Positions 11,819 through 23,055 of a stretch of DNA of 39,700 nucleotides are shown here, piece by piece. Numbering within the stretch: the first letter of the stretch is position 1; each line of letters opens with the position of its first letter. The DNA is taken from NCBI GenBank assembly GCA_003990765.1, contig RBNJ01000137.1, positions 1-39,700 of the forward strand. Reading direction: 5' to 3'. Position numbers and translations under genes: made by a program. The notes beneath the pieces were generated by a model. It was not told the DNA's origin and searched no databases. It was given only the letters and a program-made list of their open reading frames with translations. Source of the stretch: Jimgerdemannia flammicorona. Lineage: Eukaryota.

Positions 11819-11926
11819 CATACAATCTGCTACTTGTGGAAGTTTTGCAATAGATACATTATGCTTTTTGGTCTTACTTGGAGAAAATTGAATATTATGG
11901 AGGTATGTTTGAACAGCAATCTCAAG
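11819..11926 (-). pseudogene. Downstream exon fragment of the Plavaka-like transposase, separated from the rest by LINE copy C
   Basis: Minus frame ..AQEYFKLLS (right of C) continues as LEIAVQTYLHNIQFSPSKTKKHNVSIAKLPQVADCM across the TSD and ends at a GTAAGT donor. Confidence 0.65.
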
Positions 11927-12009
11927 CACCCTTTCTCTGGTAACATTCAGGTTACACAATCTTTTGGCAACAATTTCAACACAGTTTCTGGAGATAAGCT
12001 ACTAGTATC

Positions 12010-14040
12010 ATGACAACCAACGAGCATTCTGAGGTGCATACTGGGCAGGGTGGCCCTGGAGCATTTGAATAGCAGTAAGTGGGGGAAGGCCCTGGCTTGG
12101 GGAGAAGTATGAGGGGTCTGTTGGTGAGAGGACATGGTGGAGGAGAGGGCAGAGCTGGAGGTCAAGGGTCTGGCAGAGCGAGCTTTGTGGAGAAGGTGAA
12201 GGGGGGTCAGCAGGGAGCTGGACTGGAGAGCTGGCTGAGGGGGGGGAAGGTGCCGGTGAGGGCTACCAGGCAGCAACCTCATGGGGGTACCTCTCTGGAG
12301 GGCCATAGGGGTGGAGCTGGGGGGGGAGTGGCTGAAGCAGGGACTGCTGATGGGGGCATAATGGGTGATCAGGAAAAAAATCTAGATGAGACTGCTGATG
12401 GTGAGCTGAGCAGTGGGAAGGGCATGAGGCCTGGGGACCTAGTGGATGGTGTAACAGGACTGGCAGTGGCTCCATTACTCAAGAAGTTGATCTCGGAATT
12501 TGCAGTCACAATGTATTTCCGGGGCTTGGTGGTGATAGTAAAAATGGTTCTGGGGCTGATCATAAAGCAGATGAGTGGTGTAGCATCTGTTAAGTTCCTG
12601 AAGGGCCTAGAATGGGTGGAGGTGGGATTTGAGGAGGCTGGGCCACTGGAGGAGGCTTTGAAGGCTGGGATGAAAGTGGGCAAGGTGTGTATACTGATGG
12701 TGAGATGTCTGCGGTGGGACCTGAGAGTAGTGCAGCTTCTGGTGAAAGGAGTTCCCACTGTTACTGCTGTAGAGATGAGAAAGAGAGTCAAGGAGATTAT
12801 GGCAGAGTATGGGGAGGTAGTCGATATTGGGTTCAGAGTATGGGAAGGAACCTCCCTCCGGACAGGGGATGTTGATGTCAGAATTCGGCTGGCTGGGCGG
12901 GAGGCTACTGGGAAGGCTCGGGACTGGTCCTTAGTGATAGTGTGGGGGGCTATCTTGTGCAAGGTGGTAAGAGTAAAGGGGAGTAAGGAGGAGGAGGAGG
13001 ATTTGCTGGAAGCACTGGAGGAGTTGAGTGGGGCAGTTGAGAGGAGGGTGAAAGCATAGAAGGTATTCAAGGAGGCAATGCATCTTGAGGTGGTTGGAGG
13101 AAAGTGAGTCCACATCAACAAGAAGGTGTGGGAGAGGTCCCAAGGGTACAGAAGGTAGAGGGAATTGTTGGCAAAAATGGGGGCAGAGGCAACAAGGAAG
13201 GCAAGTGATAGTACAACCATGGGAGGTGCTGAGGTGAGTGTCTGGGCTGCTAGTAGTGGAAGGAATGAGGAGGGGGGGCAGGTAGAGGCCATGAAGGTGC
13301 TGAGTAAGAATCCATATGAAGATGGCACACTGGAGGTTTGGGAGGAAACCTGGGAGGATTCACCTTCACCCTCTCCTCTTATCAGAAGGGGTCTGGTAGT
13401 GAGAGGTAGAGTGATGGAGGATGTGCCAATGCACAGTGCTCAGCAGGGGCACTTTGGAGTCCCAAATGTGGAGAAGGGGGGATTGGTAGAGGTGACTGGA
13501 GAAGAGGAATTGGTGAATATCCCGGAGGAGGGATGGAATGAGTCAGTGAGTGTAGGGGCTGATACTATGATGTTGGATGGAGGCAGGCCAGCGACCCCAG
13601 GAGGGAAGGAGGTGGGAAACTTGCTCTGGGTATGCCGGATGATGAACAACTTGATGGCAGAAGAGCTGGGGGAAGTTGACCTCCAAGTGATGAGTGATGA
13701 GCATTGGGCAAGGATCCTGCAGGGTGATGGAGTAGTGGCAGCATTGAAGGCAGAAATTCTAGCAGTATACTTGGAGGAGGAGGGGTATGAGGTAGATAAG
13801 GAGAGGGAAGCTGCTCTGGCAGTTGTGGCAGATGAGCGGGCTGCCCACTGTTGGACTAAGAGGCATGGACTGCAGCTCTGGCAAGAGGCTTGTTTGGAGT
13901 ACCACAAGGAGTTTGAGGAAAAGGAGAATGGTGAGATGGCTGAAATTCTGGCTGAATTGGAGGCTAAGAGGACCAAGGAAGCAGAAGCTATTGCTGAGCA
14001 CAACCTGGATAGGGCACAGGAGAAAGTGGACATGGAGTAG
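12010..14040 (+). pseudogene. LINE ORF1 of copy C (676 codons, no frameshift, several premature stops)
   Basis: ATG 12010 is in frame with ORFs 12079-13059 and 13165-14040; stops are TAG/TAA/TGA at Trp, Gln or Arg positions of sister copies. Confidence 0.88.
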
Positions 14041-14074
14041 TAGAGGATGCATCTGAAACTATATAATTTCCCTT

Positions 14075-17000
14075 ATGAATAGTACAACCAACATTTTTTC
14101 TTTGAACATGAATGGGTTATGGGGCACTTACTGATGTAAGAACATTTTTACTTGGCTGAAGGAATTGGAGGCTGATCTCTTCCTCTTGCAGAATGTCAGG
14201 TGTGAGGATGACTTGGATAGACTAGAATGGACGAAGGAGTGGAGAGGTGAGGCAGTTTGGAAGGGCAAGGTTGGAATTCTAGTGTGGAAGGGCAGAGGGG
14301 AGATACAGGATGTGCAGAGCTGGGGAGATAGATTGGTCTGGAGAGAGTGGATATGCGCAGATTGGGAGCCAGTCATGATGGACTCCTGTTACTGCCCTGC
14401 AGTATGGGGTGAGTGGGTGAATTGGGTGACAGGCCTACAGGAGAGTGGAATTCTTGCAGAGGTTGGGGTAGATGTGCTCAGTGGGGACTTCAATATGGTC
14501 TGAGACATATTGAGAGATAGAACTGATGGAGGACAAGGTGCTGTGGATCGGAGTGGAGGACTGGTGGCATGGGAGGAAGTGGAAAGACTTAGTGCTCTGG
14601 TGGATGCAGGTAGGGAATGTTGGGGGAATAGGAGGGTGTATACACACTGGGCCGGGGGCCTGGGGACAAGAATTGATTGGATTCTGACAGCCAGCTGCTG
14701 GGGCCTGGATGTTTGGAAGTTGCTGGAGGTGGAATGGTGTCCTTGATCAAATCATTGGGGACTTTTGGGGCAGGCACATTTTGGGGGGAGTGGGGATGGG
14801 CCTGGACATTGGCATCTCAATTCCTCCTTACTAGATGATAAGATCTGGTGGGGTAAATAGACTGAAGTTGTTCAAATACAGGTAGAGTACTGGAGGCAGG
14901 AAGGTGTCACAGTTGATATTTGGTGGATGAGGATAAAGGAGATGGCTAGGGCCTTCTGGAGTGAGGCTGGTATGGAGGTGGGGAGATAGAAGAGGTAGTG
15001 GGTGTAGTGGGCATCTCATAGACTATCTAGGCTCTTGGAGGACTGGGCAAGACTGGCAACATTGGAGGGAGAGGAGGACTGGCAATTGATAAGGTTAGAA
15101 TGGAGATGGCTGAACTACAACAGGTGCTGCAGAATGAGGAAGAGGTAAGGATCCAGGGTCTGGCAGCACAGCTTTGTTGGCAGGGGCTGGAGGAAGGAGA
15201 GTGGCCCTCAAAGTTTCTTACAAGGGCCATTTAGGTGAGAAGGGTGTAGCAAAGGTGGGAGGGGGTGCTTAATGCTGATGATTCATTGGTGAATGGAGTA
15301 CAAGACATTCTTGGATCGTTAAAGGAGCATTGGAGTGGATTGTGGAGTGAGGAGGAGGGTGGGGCAGGTGCTGAGGACATTGATTGAGCTTTGGAGGATT
15401 GGCACCTATCTGAGCAGCTGAGTTGGGTGACTTAGTACTGCCAGTGCTAGAGGAGGAGATCCACCAGGTTCTTGCTGCAACAACCTTGGGTATTGTGTCT
15501 GGGGAGGATGGTCTGCCCTGGGACTTCTGGAAAAGGATGGTGGGAGTCTCTGGAATAGTGGGAGAGATGATGGCACTGTGTGATTGGATTCTACAGATGG
15601 AGAGATGGGTGGGAGAACAGGATCTAGAGTTGGTGACATTGCTTTATAAGAACAAAGGAAGCCGAGAGGACTGGAAGAACTGGAGGCCAATTATGCTACT
15701 GGATATGGACAGAAAGTTGGTTACCAAAGTAGTGGTCACAAGGTTGCAAAAGGTGGCCCAGCAAGTCTTGGGTGAGGAGCAGTGGGGCTTTGTTGGAGGC
15801 TGGCTCATCAGGGATGGCACAGCATGGGTACATGGCATTATTGAAAAGGTATGAGCCAGTGGACTGGATGGGCATCTGGTCTTTTTGGACCAGGAGAAGG
15901 CCTATGACCAAGTGTGACAGGTCTGGTTGGCGAAAGTTTTGGATAGGATTGGGGTCCTGCGACAGTTCAGGACCACCATGGTCAGCCTACTGGAAGGAAG
16001 TAGGGTGGCACTCATGTGTAATAGATATAGAGGGGTAGCATTTCCCCTGGGTAGGGGGGTGCCCCAGGGGGACCCACTGTCCCCCATTTTGTACACTTTG
16101 TCTCTAGAGCCCTTCATGGATAGAATCAGGTAGAAGATAGTGGGGCTCTCTATCTTTGGTATCAGGTGGAAAGTAGGGGCATTTGTAGATGATATGGTGG
16201 TTAGTCTGGGATCAGTTGCAGATGTTGAGAAGCTTAAGGAAACAGTGGAGTAGTATGAGGTGAACTCTGGGGCTAGGCTTAATTGGCATAAGTGCAAAAC
16301 AATAGTGTTAGGCAATGGTCTGGTAGGCAGGGAGATTATTGGTGTGATTGTCCCTACTGGTGAGGCAGTACAGTACTTGGGTATCTATCTCTCAGTATAT
16401 GGGTCAGTTCTGCCCAGACTTTGGTGGGAGTAGTGGGTGGCATTTGGGAGGAGGCCCTGCAGAGTTGGGGGGGCCATCAATTGTCTCTGGCAGGATGTAT
16501 TTCGATTCTGAATGTCTATTGGCTGCCAAAGGTGTGGTATCTGGCTTATCATCTGAACTTCCCAGCTTGGGTGGTGAAGTGATTGATGAAGCTGGCCAAG
16601 GGGTGGATCTGGGCTGGAAGGCAGAGTCAGATCAACTGGGAGGTCTTGTCCTTACCAGTGGTAAGTGGGGGACTTGGGCTGGTCAACTTTCCTAAGAGGC
16701 TGCACTGCTTGAGAGCTTGGTGGCTGAAGAGAGCAGTGGAGTTGAGAGGGGGTGATTGGGTTTTCCTATTGCAGAAAGTCTGAGAGATGAGGTCCTCTCT
16801 GAGGGGTTTGATGGGTGATCTCCTAGCACTTGTGGGCCTTCAGAACTCTGGACAATTATGGTACAAAGGCTTCTGGTGGAGAGTGGCAGAGGGAGCACGC
16901 TGCATTGGAATTAGGTGGTAGGGAAATGAAGGGGAGGAGGCTTGGGACCCAGCAATGTGGAGATGGGACTGAGTGTTACTAGGTGGCATTCCCTTACTTG

Positions 17001-17697
17001 AGTTTGACATTGGTGATGAGATTGAATGCCAATGGGGACCAGACCAGGATCTGTGGCCTAGAAGTTGGCAGGGTGTAGGAATCGGTGAGGAGTGGGACTG
17101 GCATAGCATATGGGCCTGGAGTGCCAAGGTGAGGAGGTGGTTGCCGCAAAAGTACTGGATGGTCTGGTGGTGTGTGCTGAGGCGAAATGTCATACTCAAC
17201 TTCTGCTCTGGTCACCTTATTGAGGGAGGCTGCTTTGACTGTGAAGAGTGTTGTAATATAGAGCAGGAAGGGGGATATGTACAGATGCCTGAACATTGGC
17301 TAGGAGAGTGTGAGATACTTAGTATCTTTTGGCAGAACATTGGGGATCATCTGGGAGTAGTGTGTAGGGGAGCTGATGTGCAGGGGAGATGGGAGGATTT
17401 AAGGGGCAGACTGGAGGGAGGGGTGGGAAAGGAATGGCTGATGTTAGGATAGGCTTTGGCCATTTGGGTGGGGCTGGCCAGTTACTGGTTATTTGTTTTT
17501 GAGGATGAGAGGAAACTTGGCTCTGAGGTCAGGCTGATGAGGTGGTGTAGCCTTATAGAAGACACCTTGACAGGCTGGTGGCTTGGTTGGGAGTTGAAGG
17601 GGGGTCAAAGGTGTCATTTGGTAGAACAAATCTGTAGGTAGAGTGGGGGGAGGATTGGGGTTGTGGGTGAGAAAGTGGTCTTTATTCATATAAGTAG
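14075..17697 (+). pseudogene. LINE ORF2 of copy C (APE, RT, CCHC-like knuckle); 3' end approximate
   Basis: MNSTTNIF, GDFN, YTHW, TRIDW, EDWKNWRPIMLLDMDRK, RGVPQGDPLSP, AFVDD, CEEC...EHWLGEC. Confidence 0.92.
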
Positions 17698-17788
17698 GAG
17701 GAGTGGCACTCCTATGGGGATTGGGTAGTGAGAGGGTAAACTGTAAAATTATTAATAGATAGGTAATAAATGGTGGAGTCCAAGTGAC

Positions 17789-17831
<43 letters not shown>

Positions 17832-17843
17832 AGCAATCTTAAG

Positions 17844-20800
17844 ACTCAGAAGTTTGAAGTATTCTTGAGCAGATAATAGGTCAGTAGATATTAATACTCC
17901 AGAGAGACTGATAGATAATGTTCTCTTGATTCTGATATAGAATACTTATTCTGGTGATCTCTTTATAGAATTTAAAAATGCTGTTTTCAAATCTAGTATA
18001 TTTAGTTATTGGATGTAATTGACAATCTAGGGAAGAGTATCTCTTTTGTTTGTAGCCTTATATGCTTCTTTTATGAATAGATGATATATATTCTCTGTAT
18101 ATTTAGTATTAAAGTTATTCAGTAATTCTAGATACTTTGTTGAGGATGTATAGTAGACAAGAGAGTGTATTTTCAGAAATACAAAATTACTGACAGATAC
18201 TGGCTTAAATATGTCTTTTACTTTGTTGAACTTACAAAGAGCATCTTCTTATTCTTGAAGAGTATTACATATCTATTTAAATTGATAATATTGCCCAAAA
18301 ATACCACTCTAGAAAATATTGAATAGCCTTTGTAGACTTTTTATTTTTGAAAAATCCCCTAATATATAGAAGGATTATCTAATATTTAAAGTAAAATAAT
18401 ATAAGTTTAAATATTTTAAATAATATTCTAAAGTATTATTACTTATGTACTTTCATAATCTCACTATATTCTCTAGCTATAGTTATAGATAGATTTGTAA
18501 TACCTTTTGGCCAGAGTTTGAGTTCTGGAAATCTTGAAATTAACTTGCTGTGGGCATCTATCTCTGTAAGATATTTAGAAGAATTATCTTTTAAATTCTT
18601 AATCAGAGATAAAAGCATATTGAAAATATACTGAAAAATTCTTTTTTTGAGTTAATATAGTATATCAGGAGTAATGGCTTCATAAATGTTTATATATGGA
18701 AGACCCAACAATAGATTCTAAAAATATAAAAATTGAAATATTTAATAAGTAAAACAGTATATATTAATTAGTAATAGAGTATATATAATTGTAGTCAGAG
18801 ATTATATAGTAAATATTAGAATATTAATACTTATCTCTATTTCAAACCAAATGTCTTCAGCTGAGTATTTGCTTCATTATTTTATCCATATGTATATTTC
18901 TCTTGAACTTCATATTGTACTTATGCCATTTCAATTAGATTCCGAGACTTATAGAATATTTCCAAATCTGTGAAATCTTCTTTTTCTATAGTATATACTG
19001 GATATATACTTCAATAATATACCAGAGACAGTAGATAAGCTTCAGGATAATCAACTGTGAAGAATACTATAATAGAGAAATAATTTCAAAGTGTACCATC
19101 AGATTCTTTTATAATTATTCTACTGTTAGATAAAAAAAAATATATATATTTTAAGACTTTATATAAACTATATCAGAATTGAGATTAAATATTTTGAAAT
19201 CAATCAAAAAAATCTCAGTTTTTAGTGTTTATTTTTATACTTACCTTTGTCCTACCTTCTTGATATAATCTAGAATCTCAGATATATACATATGATAGAG
19301 ATGTCTTTTTACTATCAAAAAGGCCTTGCTAGACTTTGAATTTTCACCTATTAGAACTGGACAGTATGCCACTATAACATAACTGTAATTTTTATATACC
19401 TATCAAGTATGCTTTCAAATATTTCCTATTAAAAGGTATATGGGATATATCTTAGTTTATCTCAAAAGATTCACATGAGTCTGATTGATGCTTAGAAGAA
19501 CTGGGACAACTGTTCTACTATACTCAATGTTGTCCTAAAAATATTTATATTTATATTTGAATATCATACAAATAAATATATTTAAAATAAATCTGAAATA
19601 GAGAAAGATAATATCTGAGTATTACTCCAGAAGTTAGACTAATAAATTTCAAAATATCAATAAATACTTGGATGAAGAAAGTACTGTTCTGCTATATAGA
19701 CCATATGTTCTTTGAAAATAGACTTACTCATAAGACTTTGGATGACATCTAGAGGATTTTGAAAGTAGAGTGTTTGGAGACCAGTCTATGATGCATTTTG
19801 ATGTCAGATGAGAAAGAACTTCTGATAAAAAGGCTAAAATAATATATATTTAATTGAATATATTATAACAATCTCTCTTAAAGCTTGAAATTTCAAATAA
19901 ATGTTTACCAAATGATATACTGCAGCTATATCTATAATATGGTGCATCTTACAAATATTTTTAAAGCTTATAGGACTCTGAGACATAATCATATTGCCAG
20001 TTGAAAGTGTATTAAGAATTTCATTACCTACTGAAGCTGACATCTTGCTCTTCTTAAAGATAAGTCTAGTCAACCACAACTCATATCCATGTTTTCATAG
20101 ATGATAAGAATTTTCTGCTATCCATTTTTCTCAGTCTGTTGTAGGCTATCTTATAGAAATATCATTTTCAATAATATGTCCATCATGAGGGTTACAGATA
20201 ATCTCAAAGTCAGATTGATTGGTGACATCTGTCTTTCTGATTCTGAAATATCTACTGTATCTATGAAATCATCATCTGCCTCTTCTTTATCTTGCCAATC
20301 ATCTGGGAACTCCTAGTAATTATTATCTTAAGAGTTGTAATCTAAGTCTTCAGAATTATCATAATCAAGAATCTGGATATTTATTCTCTTCAACTGTCTC
20401 AATGTTCTTATTAATTTTGACAGATTCTGAATTATCTCCTAGATAATTGGAGGGCATTGCAAAAATACTAACTTGCTTAACTAAGGCTAAAAAGGTAGCT
20501 GCCATTGTGCTCAATATCTCAATAGTAGAATTTTTATCCAAATTATCTTCAAATTCAGAATGGAAATACATTTCATGTCCTGCTGATATGAAGCATTCAT
20601 ATCCTGATATATAGCTGTGAAGTATTTGAGATAATCTACATCATTTAAATTTCAGATCACCTTCACCCAGATTCTGAAGATAGAGAGCCGACCTCTGCAA
20701 TATCTGAGAGCATATGTAATAAATCATCTATGGAATCTTGAGTAAAAATTGATGAAAAGACAATTCTAGAACTGTCTTTAAGTATTTGTATCTCAATATC

Positions 20801-20935
20801 TGCTTTGTTTTCTAGATTAGATTGTTTTGCTGTATTTTGAAATATACTCAGAATATTTAGATGTCTTCTCTACATATATTATGTTAGCCCACATACAGAC
20901 TGGAGGAAGGCATCACAATACTGATACTTTAGTAT
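17844..20935 (-). pseudogene. Plavaka-like (CMC/CACTA-related) DNA transposase pseudogene with short AT-rich introns and an N-terminal C2H2 finger remnant
   Basis: Hand translation of the minus strand: LYFQNPLDVIQSLMSKSIFKEHMVY (~19790-19700), TVVPVLLSINQTH..IYPIYLLIGNI (~19515-19420), PII-like xIIVFFTVDYPEA (~19080-19040), LPYINIYEAITPDIL(H)(Q)LKK (~18700-18645), FLKIHSLVYY..NFNTKYTE..KEAYKATNKRD (~18180-18040); these resemble Plavaka motifs as I recall them; GTAAGT donor at ~19243. Confidence 0.8.
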
Positions 20936-21224
20936 AAAACTGAGAATTCAGTAGTAGTTAGAAGGATCTCAGCAGAGAGAAAGATTTCAGAAGTAAACTC
21001 TATACAGATGTGGCAATTAAATGTCCAAAATAGAGATCTTTTTATTGGAGAGAGAATACTAGTGGTAAAAGGTTCAGCAATGGAGATCCAGTAAAGGTAA
21101 AAGAGATCTTGATAAATACATCTTAAAAGTAGGACTTGATAAATAAATCTTGGAAATAGGGCTTAATGAATAGATCTTGATAGCAGAGATGTCAGAAAAG
21201 TAGATTTCAGCAAAGAGAGAGAAC

Positions 21225-21700
21225 TTGGTCTCATTGGTAGAGGGGTCTCATTGGCAGAGAGGTCTCAATGATGAGGGATCTTGTTAGTAGAGAGGTCTCA
21301 TTGGCAGAGGATTGGCAGAGGGGTCTCATTAGTAGAGAGGTCTCATTGGTAGAGGAGTCTCATTGGTGGAAGAGTCTTGTTAGCAAAGGGGTCTCATTAG
21401 AAGAGAGAGAAGTTTCTTTATTAGATAGGATCTTGGCTCTGATTTTGATAAAATAGATCTTAGGGTCTTGGTGTAAAATAATAATGGATGATATATTATA
21501 TATTAAATTGATATCCATTACTGGGGTATCTATATAAGATCAAACCATTAGTGAGATTCTCAATGAGCTCTGTCAACAAGATCTCTCCATAAGACCACTC
21601 TGCCTCTTTGCCAATGAGATCCCTCAGCCAATGAGCCTTCTATCAACAAGACTTCTATATCAATGAGATCTCTCTGTCAATGAGACCTCTCTGCCAATAA
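21225..21700. repeat. Inverted arrays of a ~17-19-bp motif (GGTCTCATTGGCAGAG and its complement CTCTGCCAATGAGA), possibly subterminal repeats of the Plavaka-like element
   Basis: About 9 forward units at 21225-21405 and about 7 reverse units at 21545-21700 around an AT-rich spacer. Confidence 0.7.
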
Positions 21701-22184
21701 TAGTAGTCAGTTTTCTGCTGATTAAGAACCTGCCTATACTTATAGTATTCTCAACACAATCTTGATTTATATTGTGGAGAGGGCAAGTGATTATGAAGAA
21801 TTTTGCAGATTATTTATAGTATATAAGATATCTATAATATATATATATTGATGAAAATAGATGGCTTCTAATCTTTTCAATTACACTCTGATACTAGTAT
21901 TGGGTTTGGTGAACATAGCTTTTTTGTAAGATTCTGTAGTCTTGATACTCTCTACTGCCTTGTACTGTGGTATTTGAACTTGGGCAAAATTACAGACAAG
22001 CTTACAATCCTTACACAGTATAAGCAGAACCTAATTCAAATTATATACTCTAAATATATTATTTATATCTCAAATCTCTGCTCATAACTAATTTGTACAA
22101 TAAGATCTTATACTGACAGAACTTCTACTTCAAACAAGGCAAGCACAATAACCTCTGATTATTCAATAAAGAACATCTCCTATC

Positions 22185-23055
22185 TAGGTATATTAGCAGA
22201 CTGGGCTGGGCTGGCCCAATGGGCTATCAGGCTGAAAATTTAGTTTGATAGTAGAAAAAAACTCTGCTGGTAGTTTCTTATATCCATATTACTGTAATTT
22301 GACATTGAATTTGGGTAGCTTGGCTGGTTATGCAGATACAGGTTTCAGGTAACTTAACTGCTCCAGATAGGCTTGGACTGCTTTTCGGGTGGCTTGGATG
22401 CTTGATTTGATGGCAAACCAAATCTGGATTTCTCTATCCTGACTGATTTCCTTGTTATAGAAAGAGGCAGTATAAAATTTCTAAGTAATAGCGCTATCTT
22501 CTTGAAACTTGGTGTGAAGATAGCCTCAAATTACTAGAAAATTATACTTATCTCTGTTTCTTGAAATATCTCTTGGTTGTGGAGGTATTTGGAATTGAAG
22601 TTTTGATCAAGGTTTTGGGAAAACTTGAATAACTTGTCAATGGATTGGGGAATTTTCTTCAGCTTTGGACAGGTTGTTGCAGAGGTCTCTGGCGATCTTT
22701 GGGAGTTGTTTGCATTCGGGGATCCTTGGTGGTTCTCTAGATATAGGCTAGTTTCTCACGGTAGTGTATTTTGAGGTATCTCCTTGATGTTTTGGTGTAT
22801 ATCTCCGCGGGAAGGGGTCATAATATTGTTAAACTCAGTGTGAATGTTTTTAAAGATCTTGGCAAGCTTTGTTCCAAAGGGTAGATCCATAGGATTCGAA
22901 CTGAGCTCGAACGATTCGATCAAAGCGTGGGAACCTATCTCCGGTTTTGACTTGATTTTACTGAGCCCGTCCAGCCCAATGGGCCAGCCCAGGCTGGCTG
23001 GGCTCCAGGCAAGCCCGGGCTGGTCCATAAGGCTCGGCCCATAAGTGAATCCCTA
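22185..23055. mobile_element. Non-autonomous hAT-like element, 871 bp
   Basis: Ends TAGG...CCTA; 8-bp TSD CTCCTATC (22177-22184) / CTCCTGTC (23056-23063); GGGCT/AGCCC subterminal micro-repeats and GCCCAATGGGC at both ends. Confidence 0.72.

Larger units (their letters stand above)
11927..17830 (+). mobile_element. Full-length L1/Tx1-like LINE, copy C
   Basis: 5' UTR, ORF1, ORF2, AATAAA 17765-17770, poly-A 17792-17830; TSD AACAGCAATCTCAAG (11912-11926) / AACAGCAATCTTAAG (17829-17843), one transition. Confidence 0.95.
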
